Source: a virus | Virus record (IMG/VR): IMGVR_UViG_3300020202_000064 | Location: 1-64,000 of that record | Length of the DNA: 64,000 bases | Strand: one strand, 5' to 3' | Part shown: in pieces, positions 44,088 to 52,434 of the stretch | Numbering within the stretch: position 1 is the first letter of the stretch | Layout: every line of letters begins with the position of its first letter | The notes under the pieces: model-generated | Told to the model about the DNA's origin: nothing | The model's input: only the letters and a program-made list of their open reading frames with translations | Databases searched by the model: none | Translations under genes and position numbers: made by a program

Positions 44088-44540
44088 AAAGGCTAGCAGC
44101 CACCCCACAACTTCGGGTATGTGACACCTGAAAGTCGGTTTCGCGCTATGCGCTAATCAAACACCGAACCTTTCCTTTATTGTAGTCCTTGTGGACTATC
44201 CTTTCCTTTTCCTTACCTACGGTATTTAACCATAGGTTATGCGCGGTTACCAGCCGCGACTTTATATCCCGGTAACCAGCCGGGAAATTTGTGAAATTTA
44301 TACATAAACGGCGGATTTAATTCGTCATTCATTCTGTTACAGTGTTCTCTGAGTAATCTTTTTAAATATACAGACTTAATCCATTGGTCTATAAACTCGC
44401 GCGCTTTATCTTGTTTATTCATGAATATACTGGTGTGTCTTTTCGTTGGTCTCCGACTAAAATCAATATTGCTTTGACCGCCTCAGTGAAGATATTCTAT
44501 TCATCGGGTTTTCTGCGACCCACTCTCCTTTTATATTCAT

Positions 44541-44617
44541 TGGTAGTCGCAATGGGATTCGAACCCATACTGAAAAGTTTTTAAGACTTTTGCTTCTGCC
44601 GGTTGAGCGATGCGACC
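44541..44617 (-). tRNA. tRNA-Leu(TAA), short variable arm
   Basis: Loop CTTAAAA, CCA. Confidence 0.85.
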
Positions 44618-44622
44618 ATAGC

Positions 44623-45186
44623 TTATTTCAGAGGGAATGCAACTGTATTTGTTGGGGCGCTATTGCCAGAAGAATTATAAGCGAACACACGATACCAATA
44701 TGTACCAACGCCTATATTCGTATCAATAAATGTATTTATGTTAGCTGAAGTCGTACCTATAACAACAAAATTTTCCCCATCATTACTACGCTCTATTTTA
44801 AAACCAGTTTCGTTGCTGGAATTATCACTCCAAGTTAATGTTACTGACGATGGGACGCTTCTAACACTCACACTTTCTAATTTTAAATATGTATATAAAC
44901 TGTCAATTTTTCGCAATACTGTTTGTAAATCTGTATTTGTATTATTTTGATTTTCCTTCAAAGCCGCTAACTCTTGCAATGCCAAATCTCTCTCTTGTTG
45001 AGCTTGCGCTACAAGCTTTTCTTGATACACAGCATATAAATGCCATGCTATAATCTGAGAATTTTTTGCATCCCACGCGGATTGTGCTGGATAAGCGGGG
45101 CGAGGAACGGGGGTAATAGATGTAACTTGAGCTAATAAAACACTCGCCAAAGCAACAACGAAGAAACTAATAAGAATTTTTTTCAT
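44623..45186 (-). CDS. Secreted protein with coiled coil and fibronectin type III domain
   Basis: Signal peptide MKKILISFFVVALASVLLA; VTLTWSDNSSNETGFKIERS...YWYRVFAYN; the longer track start overlaps tRNA-Gly. Confidence 0.8.
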   Translation of the reverse strand: MKKILISFFVVALASVLLAQVTSITPVPRPAYPAQSAWDAKNSQIIAWHLYAVYQEKLVAQAQQERDLALQELAALKENQNNTNTDLQTVLRKIDSLYTYLKLESVSVRSVPSSVTLTWSDNSSNETGFKIERSNDGENFVVIGTTSANINTFIDTNIGVGTYWYRVFAYNSSGNSAPTNTVAFPLK

Positions 45187-45195
45187 AAAACAACT

Positions 45196-45271
45196 TGGTG
45201 CGATATAGGAGATTTGAACTCCTACCCCATGCTTGGAAGGCGCGTGTGCTGCCATTAAACACTAATATCGC
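45196..45271 (-). tRNA. tRNA-Gly(TCC)
   Basis: Loop CTTCCAA, CCA. Confidence 0.88.
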
Positions 45272-45585
45272 AAAATGGGTATTAGCCCAAGATAAATCCG
45301 AGTACGAAAGCAACTACTGTCGAAATTAACGTCACTTTCATGCTAACCTGCTTGGCAAGAAACTGCTGAGTTTCCTCTTTGGCTTCATGCTTTAAGCGCG
45401 CTTTTGCCTCTTCAACGTGTTCTTTTAAATCGCTCATAGTATTGTTATGTTCAATCTAAATTACACTTTAAACTAGGGGCTTTACTCTAGCCCGACGGTA
45501 CAACAATCCACTGTTGCCATTGCGCCGCTTTTACATTAGCGGCAGAAAGCCCGCACATTTAAGCTGGCGGGGACTAACTATAGTC

Positions 45586-45661
45586 TGGTGGGCATGGCAG
45601 GAATCGAACCCGCAATCTTCACCGTGTAAAAGTGCCGCGTTAACCGTTACGCTACACGCCC
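45586..45661 (-). tRNA. tRNA-Val(TAC)
   Basis: Loop TTTACAC, CCA. Confidence 0.9.
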
Positions 45662-45662
45662 A

Positions 45663-46029
45663 TTTTCTATTCCAGTTTAGCCGCGATTCTGGTTTATCTC
45701 TACATTTCTCTAATCGGCTTTCGCCAATTCCCACCGTCAATAGATGGGTGCATCAACCCGGCCTCATCGATAAGCACTAATCTCAGCCTGTTTGACTTGC
45801 TACTACCATGAGGTATTAACGAATACGTGATAGGCTATGGTTTGTAAGCCATGCCGAGTATTCTCCCTATCGGTTGCTTTGTAGTCGCGAACTTCCTCTG
45901 ACTTATGGAATGCGGGGTTCCTCTCTTTCGAGTTTGGCATACCGCATCTTACGTCCCTTTACGCACCATTCTCAGGCCGTGGCCTGATTAAAGGTTTCAC
46001 CTTTCGTCAGCGTAGAGTCGAATAGAAAT
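45663..46029 (-). ncRNA. rnpB: RNase P RNA (atypical)
   Basis: P1 TTTCTATTC/GAATAGAAA, P2 CTCTAC/GTAGAG, GAGGAAGTTCGCGA pairing with CAGAATCGCGGCTAA (P4), GCAAGTCAAACAGG, GAGAAATG. Confidence 0.8.
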
Positions 46030-46080
46030 TTTGCACCCCGGACGTAACAATCTATAGTCATTGGAATCCGGCCCGTCTCC

Positions 46081-46566
46081 CTATAGTGTTTGTGCGGCCA
46101 CCCTCGACCGTAAAGTAAATTCATAATGAAGCATCGTTGAACGGGACAATAACCCCGGCGACACTTCCCAAGCTTTCGTATTATTTAGTAAAGAAATTCC
46201 TGCGTGTTCAAACGCCGCATAAATCAATTCAGAGCAAAACCACTTGTCTTTCGAACCGCCCGATTCAGATTCACGAGAAAGGAAACGAAGTACCATGGTA
46301 ATGTCGTACTTCTTACCCACTTGAGCATAAAGGAACTGGCTGATTTTACGGAATTGTTCCGACGTAACTTCAGTCGAATACATATCAATATATTCGTCCT
46401 TCTTAAATTTGTACTTCTGGAATTTACGAACACCGTAAAAACGGGTGGCCTCAATTACGTCTTTTTCCAATGATATACTTACATGTGAATATTTACTACG
46501 AGTTTGCCAACGAATAATTTTATCAAAAATAGAGTTAGCTGAATGTAATCCAATGTAGATTTTCAT
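46081..46566 (-). CDS. Permuted papain-like (YaeF/YiiX) enzyme
   Basis: SKYSHV, GKKYD, WFCSEL, SP. Confidence 0.85.
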   Translation of the reverse strand: MKIYIGLHSANSIFDKIIRWQTRSKYSHVSISLEKDVIEATRFYGVRKFQKYKFKKDEYIDMYSTEVTSEQFRKISQFLYAQVGKKYDITMVLRFLSRESESGGSKDKWFCSELIYAAFEHAGISLLNNTKAWEVSPGLLSRSTMLHYEFTLRSRVAAQTL

Positions 46567-46586
46567 ACATTAAGTTACACTAAATT

Positions 46587-46664
46587 TGGCGCGGGAGGTG
46601 GGCTTCGAACCCACAACCTTGAAATTTAGAGTTTCCTGCTCTGAACCAGTTGAGCTACTCCCGC
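46587..46664 (-). tRNA. Amber suppressor tRNA(CTA)
   Basis: Canonical cloverleaf, loop CTCTAAA, G73, CCA. Confidence 0.88.
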
Positions 46665-46723
46665 AATAAGCCCGAATAAATCGGGCACTAAATTACTATT
46701 TCTACGATGTATCCTATTTCAAA

Positions 46724-47002
46724 TCAATCACCCCCTTTCTTGCCGCTCGCGGCTCGAATATGGGCAGTGCCATCCGAAATATCTATATCAACATTTTTAA
46801 ATCTCAAACTTCCCTTAGTATGTTGATTATCAGGGGTTTCTTTTGTGGAAAAGGGAACTTCGCAATCCACATGGTTAACGTAGTACGTTATACCTTTTGT
46901 CTTAATTACCCACGGGGCAATTCGACTATCGAACAAGTGTGCCTTATTAAAATGGAACACTGCTTCTTTACAATTCTGAACCTAATGTTCTTCCTATTTC
47001 AT
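46724..47002 (-). CDS. Small phage protein; ATG at 47002 with in-frame TAG at codons 3 and 7 (stop-free part 46724-46960)
   Basis: ATG AAA TAG GAA GAA CAT TAG GTT...GTG TTC CAT in a single frame; GTGTAA motif upstream. Confidence 0.55.
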
Positions 47003-47081
47003 GTCAGTATATATTACACTTATTTTTGTTGTTCGTGCAAACTAAAATCTTCAATTTTACATCAAACCGAAGGTTTGAAAA

Positions 47082-47157
47082 TGGAGGCAGCGCCGTGAAT
47101 TTAACAACGGTTCTTCCAACTTTGCGGTCGGACGGATTAGCGTCTTCCTCCGCTGCC
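47082..47157 (-). tRNA. Degenerate tRNA-Cys(GCA)-like
   Basis: Acceptor GGCAGCG/CGCTGCC, U73, CCA; 6-nt anticodon loop and aberrant D/T loops. Confidence 0.5.
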
Positions 47158-47307
47158 ATATTTATAACCTAGCAGCCCCACTGCAACCCGTATAGCATAA
47201 CAATTTAGGTTAGAACTGTTCGTATGCCGATTACTTCATGATTAGGAGCAACCCTATTATTTTTCATACTACACCCGATGGTGCCACCGATTTTTGTCAT
47301 TATAAAT

Positions 47308-47383
47308 TGGTGTGCCGTGCGAGACTCGAACTCGCGATATCCAACTTGGCAAGCTGGCGCAATAGCCACTATGCGAACGACAC
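47308..47383 (-). tRNA. tRNA-Gly(GCC)
   Basis: Loop TTGCCAA, CCA. Confidence 0.9.
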
Positions 47384-47432
47384 AGAAGAACGCCTCTTAA
47401 TCGGAGACGAGAATCGAAATTCTTTATTTTTA

Positions 47433-47507
47433 TGGTAGCACACGGCGGCGTTTGAATCCGCTGCTCCAACTTATGAGGATGGCGAGTTACCTATACTCTA
47501 CGGTGCA
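47433..47507 (-). tRNA. tRNA-Met(CAT), irregular acceptor stem
   Basis: Loop CTCATAA, 1:72 mismatch, CCA. Confidence 0.65.
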
Positions 47508-47548
47508 ATAAGGGGAATCGATATTGTTAGGTATCTATTCCCATCGTT

Positions 47549-47914
47549 TCAACCCTGCATCTTTTTCAACTTATCTTCTAACTGCTTTAATTGATATTCC
47601 AACTGATTCACTTTACCAGCATATTGCATGTTCTGGAATTGAACCAGAGCAATTTGTTTTTCAAGCTGTAATTTCTCGTTCAATAATTCATTATATTTAT
47701 CAGATACATCAGGATTTGCTTTTAACTTTGAAATCTCCAACTCCAATGAAGTAATTTTTTCTTTAAGAACATCTGATGCAGAAAGTTTTAAGAAAAAACT
47801 ATTAATAAATTCCAACTTGGTCTTTAAAATCGAAATTTCAGTATCAAGAGATTCAATTGTCGCTTTGAGTTGAAGGTTATTCGCTAATAAGGCGGTGCGT
47901 GTGACATAGGTCAT
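47549..47914 (-). CDS. Coiled-coil protein
   Basis: Heptad Leu pattern; GTGTAA motif 8 nt upstream. Confidence 0.55.
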   Translation of the reverse strand: MTYVTRTALLANNLQLKATIESLDTEISILKTKLEFINSFFLKLSASDVLKEKITSLELEISKLKANPDVSDKYNELLNEKLQLEKQIALVQFQNMQYAGKVNQLEYQLKQLEDKLKKMQG

Positions 47915-47937
47915 ATATATAGTTACACCAAAAATAA

Positions 47938-48015
47938 TGGTGGCTACATAGGGATTCGAACCCTAAAAATTCACGTTCTAAGCGCGACACGTCTAGCCAG
48001 TTGCGTCATGTAGCC
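47938..48015 (-). tRNA. tRNA-Leu(TAG), short variable arm
   Basis: Loop CTTAGAA, CCA. Confidence 0.85.
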
Positions 48016-48194
48016 TAATAGCACGCACAAGTTTTACGTTGTGCGGCTTTGTTGTCTTACTTATCGCGAGGACGGTATTCGTTGTCATAAATGACAATAA
48101 GACCGAGCATCACGAGGACAGAGAAGAAGGCAATCATCTTGCTTTCCTTTCTTGTTTTAGGTGCCGTCGTCCCGTAGGATAGGCGGCAGATAAA

Positions 48195-48271
48195 TGGCTG
48201 TCTTGTTTGAATTTGAATCAAAATATTTCGGGTCAGAGCCGAATGTAATAACCAAGTTATACGACAAGACA
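48195..48271 (-). tRNA. tRNA-Gln(CTG)
   Basis: Loop CTCTGAC, U1-A72, G73. Confidence 0.85.
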
Positions 48272-48276
48272 ATAAC

Positions 48277-48401
48277 GATGCCCAAATCCATCAACGCTGG
48301 ATAAACGCGAATTACTTTCATTCCACCTTTCGGCGCGGGCGTAATCGACCATTTTTACTTCACGTAGTAGTTGTTTTTATTTGATTTGCTGTGTGGGCGT
48401 C
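48277..48401 (-). ncRNA. ACAGC-stem RNA 3 (divergent stem)
   Basis: GACGCCC-ACACAGCAA...GGGCATC. Confidence 0.55.
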
Positions 48402-48439
48402 TACGAATCTACGATTCTATTATAAATCGAAGATTTAAT

Positions 48440-48530
48440 TGGCAGTCCTCCCCGGACTCGAACCGGGACATCTATTTCTAGATATGACAGCTTCAAAGGC
48501 TGTTGTGCTAACCAATTACACTAGAGGACA
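48440..48530 (-). tRNA. tRNA-Gln(TTG), long variable arm
   Basis: Loop CTTTGAA; variable hairpin ATCTAGAAATAGAT; CCA. Confidence 0.85.
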
Positions 48531-48578
48531 ATAAAATCGGTCATGATTTGCGTGTAATTAACATGAGTAAGTTAATTT

Positions 48579-49031
48579 ATGAGTAAATCATCAGAGGCCG
48601 TTAAAAAATGGAGAAAAGCAACTAAACAACGAATAATTGATGCTATGGGCAAACAGTGTCAATGTTGTGGGTATAATAGATGTAACGAGTGTTTAGATTT
48701 ACATCATTTGGACCCAAACGAAAAGGAACTAAGTTTTGGAGCGATAAGGGCGAACCCAATCGCTTGGTCGAAAATTGTAGAAGAGTTAAGAAAATGTATA
48801 TTAGTGTGTAGAAATTGCCATGGAGAAATACATAATAACAATCTTCCAATTCCAAACAACTATTGTAAATTTGACGAATCCTATTCAGAATACAAAATTG
48901 TATCCGAAGAACTTGCGTCTAAGTGTCCAAAATGCGGGGACCAAAAATTAACAATACATAAATTCTGTTCCCAGAATTGTGCAAAACGTGGACGTAAATT
49001 GGCTATACAGGTTGGAGCCGCCCCAACATAA
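48579..49031 (+). CDS. HNH endonuclease
   Basis: CQCCG, LDLHHLDP, CILVCRNCH. Confidence 0.85.
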   Translation: MSKSSEAVKKWRKATKQRIIDAMGKQCQCCGYNRCNECLDLHHLDPNEKELSFGAIRANPIAWSKIVEELRKCILVCRNCHGEIHNNNLPIPNNYCKFDESYSEYKIVSEELASKCPKCGDQKLTIHKFCSQNCAKRGRKLAIQVGAAPT

Positions 49032-49093
49032 GATTTTATTCTTCACTCGCTTAACAGGCGAAGCCAGCTAACTTAGCTATCTGGGTCTGCATA
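49000..49093 (-). tRNA. Atypical tRNA-Asn(GTT)
   Basis: Acceptor TATGCAG/CTGTATA, loop CTGTTAA, enlarged D and variable arms, T loop GGCGGCT. Confidence 0.55.
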
Positions 49094-49098
49094 ATAGA

Positions 49099-49172
49099 TG
49101 GCTCCGGAAATTCGGGTCGAACGAATGATTTTTGGGTAACAGCCAAACGTGATGCCACTTCACTATACCGGA
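49099..49172 (-). tRNA. tRNA-Asn(GTT)
   Basis: Loop CTGTTAC, G73, CCA. Confidence 0.88.
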
Positions 49173-49178
49173 ATAAAA

Positions 49179-49257
49179 CTAAGTTCCTTGTGCCTTTTAT
49201 TAACCGGTGGCAAAGCCCGTCTCCTGATTATGTCATAGATATTGCTGTATGAACTTA
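49179..49257 (-). ncRNA. ACAGC-stem RNA 4
   Basis: TAAGTTC-ATACAGCAA...GAACTTAG. Confidence 0.72.
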
Positions 49258-49260
49258 AAA

Positions 49261-49399
49261 GTGGAACGTATGGGATTCGAACCCATATCGACGAACTTTA
49301 CGCCCGTCTCGTAAGATTATCTTATATATTCTTTTACCGGTGCGAATATATCACTTCATCAAACTACTTGTGGAGCTTTGACCATTAAGCTAACGTCCC
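49261..49399 (-). ncRNA. tRNA-like RNA with Ala identity and large insert replacing the anticodon arm
   Basis: Acceptor GGGACGT/ACGTTCC-A (G3:U70), canonical D and T arms, about 88 nt between them. Confidence 0.65.
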
Positions 49400-49435
49400 A
49401 TAAATCGTAGATTTACATAAACCTACGGTTTAATA

Positions 49436-49582
49436 CTAAGCGCAACGCATTTACAGCGCGCGACTGAATGGCTTTTGTATTAGGCACCATCATTTCCTCG
49501 TGCAACCCGCCTCACTTCATCTTTCGATGGTGATTGGATGTTTGCACATCATCGATAAGTTTATTATCGCTGTATGCGCTTA
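49436..49582 (-). ncRNA. ACAGC-stem RNA 5
   Basis: TAAGCGC-ATACAGCGA...GCGCTTAG. Confidence 0.72.
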
Positions 49583-49586
49583 AAAC

Positions 49587-49728
49587 CTAAGTATAACGAA
49601 AAGTTTAGGCTCTTTTCGCGTTCCTAAAAAGCATGGAGAAGCTTTTCAATCTAACAGTTATGGAATGTCAGCCGGTGCCGCCCCGAAGGGTAGCGTCTTG
49701 TTAAGATAAGGATTGCTGTATATACTTA
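49587..49728 (-). ncRNA. ACAGC-stem RNA 6
   Basis: TAAGTAT-ATACAGCAA...ATACTTAG. Confidence 0.72.
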
Positions 49729-49820
49729 TGGCGGTGAGGGCGAGAATCGAACTCGCGGGGCAACTTTCGTCACCCTTTTGCTTTCCAAGCAAATGCATTA
49801 GGCCGCTCTGCCACCTCACC
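49729..49820 (-). tRNA. tRNA-Ser(GGA)
   Basis: Loop TTGGAAA, class II, CCA. Confidence 0.92.
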
Positions 49821-50028
49821 AAGATTACGCAATTTCTGCGAATCGCTTTTTAAAATAATTACTGGTCTCGTCCGGGGTGTGCCGCAAGAACAGTTGCTCG
49901 TCAATCTCATCAAACGCTCTGAAATCACCATTAGATGCGGCAATCAACGCGTCGCTAAGTTCTGGCGAACATTCGAACCTAAAGCCGAATGAATCCCAGA
50001 TTTCTTTAAATCTTTCGTATGTCATAAT

Positions 50029-50116
50029 TGGTGGTCCCGGTGGGATTCGAACCCACAGTGAGCTTACGCTTTCGGCTTAAGAGGCCGGACTAATCAACCG
50101 TTCTAGGCACGGAACC
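50029..50116 (-). tRNA. tRNA-Lys(CTT), extended variable arm
   Basis: Loop CTCTTAA, variable AGCGTAAGCT, CCA. Confidence 0.82.
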
Positions 50117-50120
50117 AAAT

Positions 50121-50470
50121 TGGTGGAGATGGAGGGCTTCGATTCCCTCGTGTCCGATACTTCGTATTTCCATTCTTGTTACATGCTTAGAATCACTTGA
50201 TAATATCGTTTTCGGTTTGATTCTACCAAACGACATTTGACGGTTATATAATCAGCTTCTATCAACCAGTCAATTTTAAAGCTGATTCCCGATGATGACG
50301 AGTGGCCCAATTTATCGGCGGTCAATTGGAACTCGGTTAGCCGCAATTAAGCAGCGTAAGCATAAACTTCTGTTTTCTTAGCGTTTATTTTGTGATACGT
50401 TTTACGACGTGGCATCATTGTCGGCATGGAATGTAAACCTACGTATTGGATAGAATCCAAATACATCCCC
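50121..50470 (-). ncRNA. ssrA: tmRNA
   Basis: GGGGATG.../...CATCTCCACCA with G3:U70; tag reading frame AKKTEVYAYAA* after ATAAAC. Confidence 0.92.
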
Positions 50471-50481
50471 AAAAGAAATAT

Positions 50482-50559
50482 TGGTGCGCCCCGAGGGAGT
50501 TGAACCCTCACGATGGTCCGCTTAAAAGGCGGCTGCTCGTCCACTGTAGCTTGAGGCGC
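50482..50559 (-). tRNA. tRNA-Lys(TTT)
   Basis: Loop CTTTTAA, CCA. Confidence 0.88.
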
Positions 50560-50568
50560 ATATTAAAA

Positions 50569-50643
50569 TGGAGTCCCTAGCGGCTTACGAGACCGCGTAT
50601 GAATCTTTTGCAGAGATTTGCATTTCCTCTTTGCTATAGGGAC
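50569..50643 (-). tRNA. tRNA-Cys(GCA)
   Basis: Loop CTGCAAA, U73, atypical T loop, CCA. Confidence 0.8.
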
Positions 50644-50651
50644 ATAAAAAT

Positions 50652-50754
50652 TGGCGGAAGAGGCAAGATTCGAACTCGCACGCGCTATGGTTTACATATC
50701 GCCCTCGCATTTCAAGTGCGCTGCCGCTAGGCCATATCCTCGGCTTACTCTTCC
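50652..50754 (-). tRNA. tRNA-Ser(TGA), enlarged D and variable arms
   Basis: Loop CTTGAAA, G73, CCA. Confidence 0.8.
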
Positions 50755-50756
50755 AT

Positions 50757-50815
50757 CTAAGCGGGCGCAATTTTCCCTTTCGGGATGGCGATTTATATTT
50801 TGCTGTATCCGCTTG
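50757..50815 (-). ncRNA. ACAGC-stem RNA 7
   Basis: CAAGCGG-ATACAGCAA...CCGCTTAG. Confidence 0.7.
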
Positions 50816-50872
50816 TTGCTTTAATTGCGCGAAATCTTAAAACCTTCGGTTTTATTATAAATCGAAGATTTA

Positions 50873-50949
50873 TGGTGGCCGAGGGTGGGTTTGAACCACC
50901 AACCGTTCGTCTATCAAACGAATGCACTAGCCAATTGTGCTACACGGCC
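50873..50949 (-). tRNA. tRNA-Ile(GAT)
   Basis: Loop TTGATAG, CCA. Confidence 0.88.
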
Positions 50950-50954
50950 ATTAT

Positions 50955-51047
50955 CTAAGCTCTATTATTGTGCGGGCATCGAATCCCGCTCAATTCGTGT
51001 TTTTGAAACGAATTTTTATCCATTTAAGGTTTTGCTGTGAGAGCTTA
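50955..51047 (-). ncRNA. ACAGC-stem RNA 8
   Basis: TAAGCTC-TCACAGCAA...GAGCTTAG; T-arm-like GCGGGATTCGATGCCCGC. Confidence 0.72.
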
Positions 51048-51087
51048 TTGTGGAGCTTACTCCACCGTTCCAGCAAAGCTGGAAATA

Positions 51088-51144
51088 CTAAGCGCATTTT
51101 GTTTTTCATTAATCATTGAATTTTTAATTCGCTGTTAGCGCTTA
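51088..51144 (-). ncRNA. ACAGC-stem RNA 9
   Basis: TAAGCGC-TAACAGCGA...GCGCTTAG. Confidence 0.7.
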
Positions 51145-51327
51145 TAAGGAAACGAAAACTTGTTATGTTTTTGGCTTCTGATTCGAAGCATATTTGACGA
51201 AACGTTTATAATTTTTTAAATCGCGGCTAGCGTCTGTGCGCCGGGAATATGGACCGTAATCTAAATCCCCCCATTGATTTTTAAACCAAAACTTTCCATC
51301 TCGCTTGAAAATTTTCATACTCTAAAA

Positions 51328-51402
51328 TGGCGGGACCAACGAGTGCTACCCTCGCTTCTGTATCGTGACAGGATACCGCTTTTGTTGATAAGCTATGGCC
51401 CC
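51328..51402 (-). tRNA. tRNA-Asp(GTC), atypical D and T loops
   Basis: Loop CTGTCAC, G73, CCA. Confidence 0.78.
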
Positions 51403-51509
51403 AAAATTACAAAGGTCACTCCATCCCTTTGAATGGCAGTTTATAAACGTGGAAACGTTTAAAGGTTTTATTTTTCGCCGGTTCTGCTTTACCCTGAACC
51501 TAGAGAAGT

Positions 51510-51588
51510 TGGTAGCGCGTGTGGGGCTCGAACCCACGCATGACCGATTTGAAAGACCGGTGACTTGAACCTGCTTGTCAAACGCGCC
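51510..51588 (-). tRNA. tRNA-Glu(TTC)
   Basis: Loop CTTTCAA, CCA. Confidence 0.88.
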
Positions 51589-51724
51589 GTAAAGATATTC
51601 TTTTGTATCCATCTATTCGGATTAACAACAACCCCAATGTTCGATACAAATAAACTACAATAACAGTTGTTTTTGATATATTATTATAGAAGAACTGAGG
51701 TGGAAATAAGTGTAATTACACTAT

Positions 51725-52300
51725 ATGTCCACTAAAATATTATCTGAATTTTCTCGATGTGACTCCTTTGGAACGCAGCGTAAATACGTTTCTTACCATT
51801 GTACTCGATGCGGTGTCGAACATTCCAAACCAAAACGTAACTTTTGGTTAGATAGACCCAACTTCTGTTCCGTTAACTGTGCAAGAGAACATCAAAAAAT
51901 TTTGCATTCATTTGAAGCTGAGTGCGCATGGTGCGCAAATAAATTCCACAAAAAGATATCAACAAAGGGAAATAGTCGTTCCGGTTTATATTTTTGTTCC
52001 AGACTATGCAAAGACAAGGCTCAAAGCTTGGAAGGTGGTATAAAGGAAATACAGCCAAATCATTACGGAGAAATTAAAAAGAATTATCGCGAAACTGCAT
52101 TTAAAAATCTGCCAGCACGCTGTAATCGATGCGACTTTGCTGCTTACCCAGAGATACTAGAGGTTCATCACAAAGACCATAATCACCATAATAATACCGT
52201 AGATAATTTGGAAATTTTATGTCCAAACTGCCACGAAATTCATCACTTCGAAACGAAATCGGGTAAATATGCCAAAAGTGGTGGACTGGAAGGGGATTGA
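51725..52300 (+). CDS. Zn-ribbon HNH endonuclease
   Basis: FCS repeats; LEVHHKDHNHHNN...NLEILCPNCH. Confidence 0.85.
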   Translation: MSTKILSEFSRCDSFGTQRKYVSYHCTRCGVEHSKPKRNFWLDRPNFCSVNCAREHQKILHSFEAECAWCANKFHKKISTKGNSRSGLYFCSRLCKDKAQSLEGGIKEIQPNHYGEIKKNYRETAFKNLPARCNRCDFAAYPEILEVHHKDHNHHNNTVDNLEILCPNCHEIHHFETKSGKYAKSGGLEGD

Positions 52301-52354
52301 ACCCTCCACACGAACATTGCAAATGTCTGTCGCCTCCGAGGAACATGCCAGCCC
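52279..52354 (-). tRNA. tRNA-Ala(TGC)
   Basis: Loop TTTGCAA, G3:U70, CCA. Confidence 0.82.
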
Positions 52355-52357
52355 AAC

Positions 52358-52434
52358 TGGTGTTTCCACTCGGAATTGAACCAAGATGATACAGTTTAGG
52401 AAACTGTTGCCTTATCCAGTTAGGCGATGGAAAC
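52358..52434 (-). tRNA. tRNA-Arg(CCT)
   Basis: Loop TTCCTAA, CCA. Confidence 0.88.

Noticed and set aside
44091-44255. Canonical Y RNA, because the ends GGCTGGT...CTAGCC resemble vertebrate Y RNA
   Set aside because: The bulged-C Ro site (GGUCCGA/UUGAC) is absent, so the resemblance is likely coincidental.
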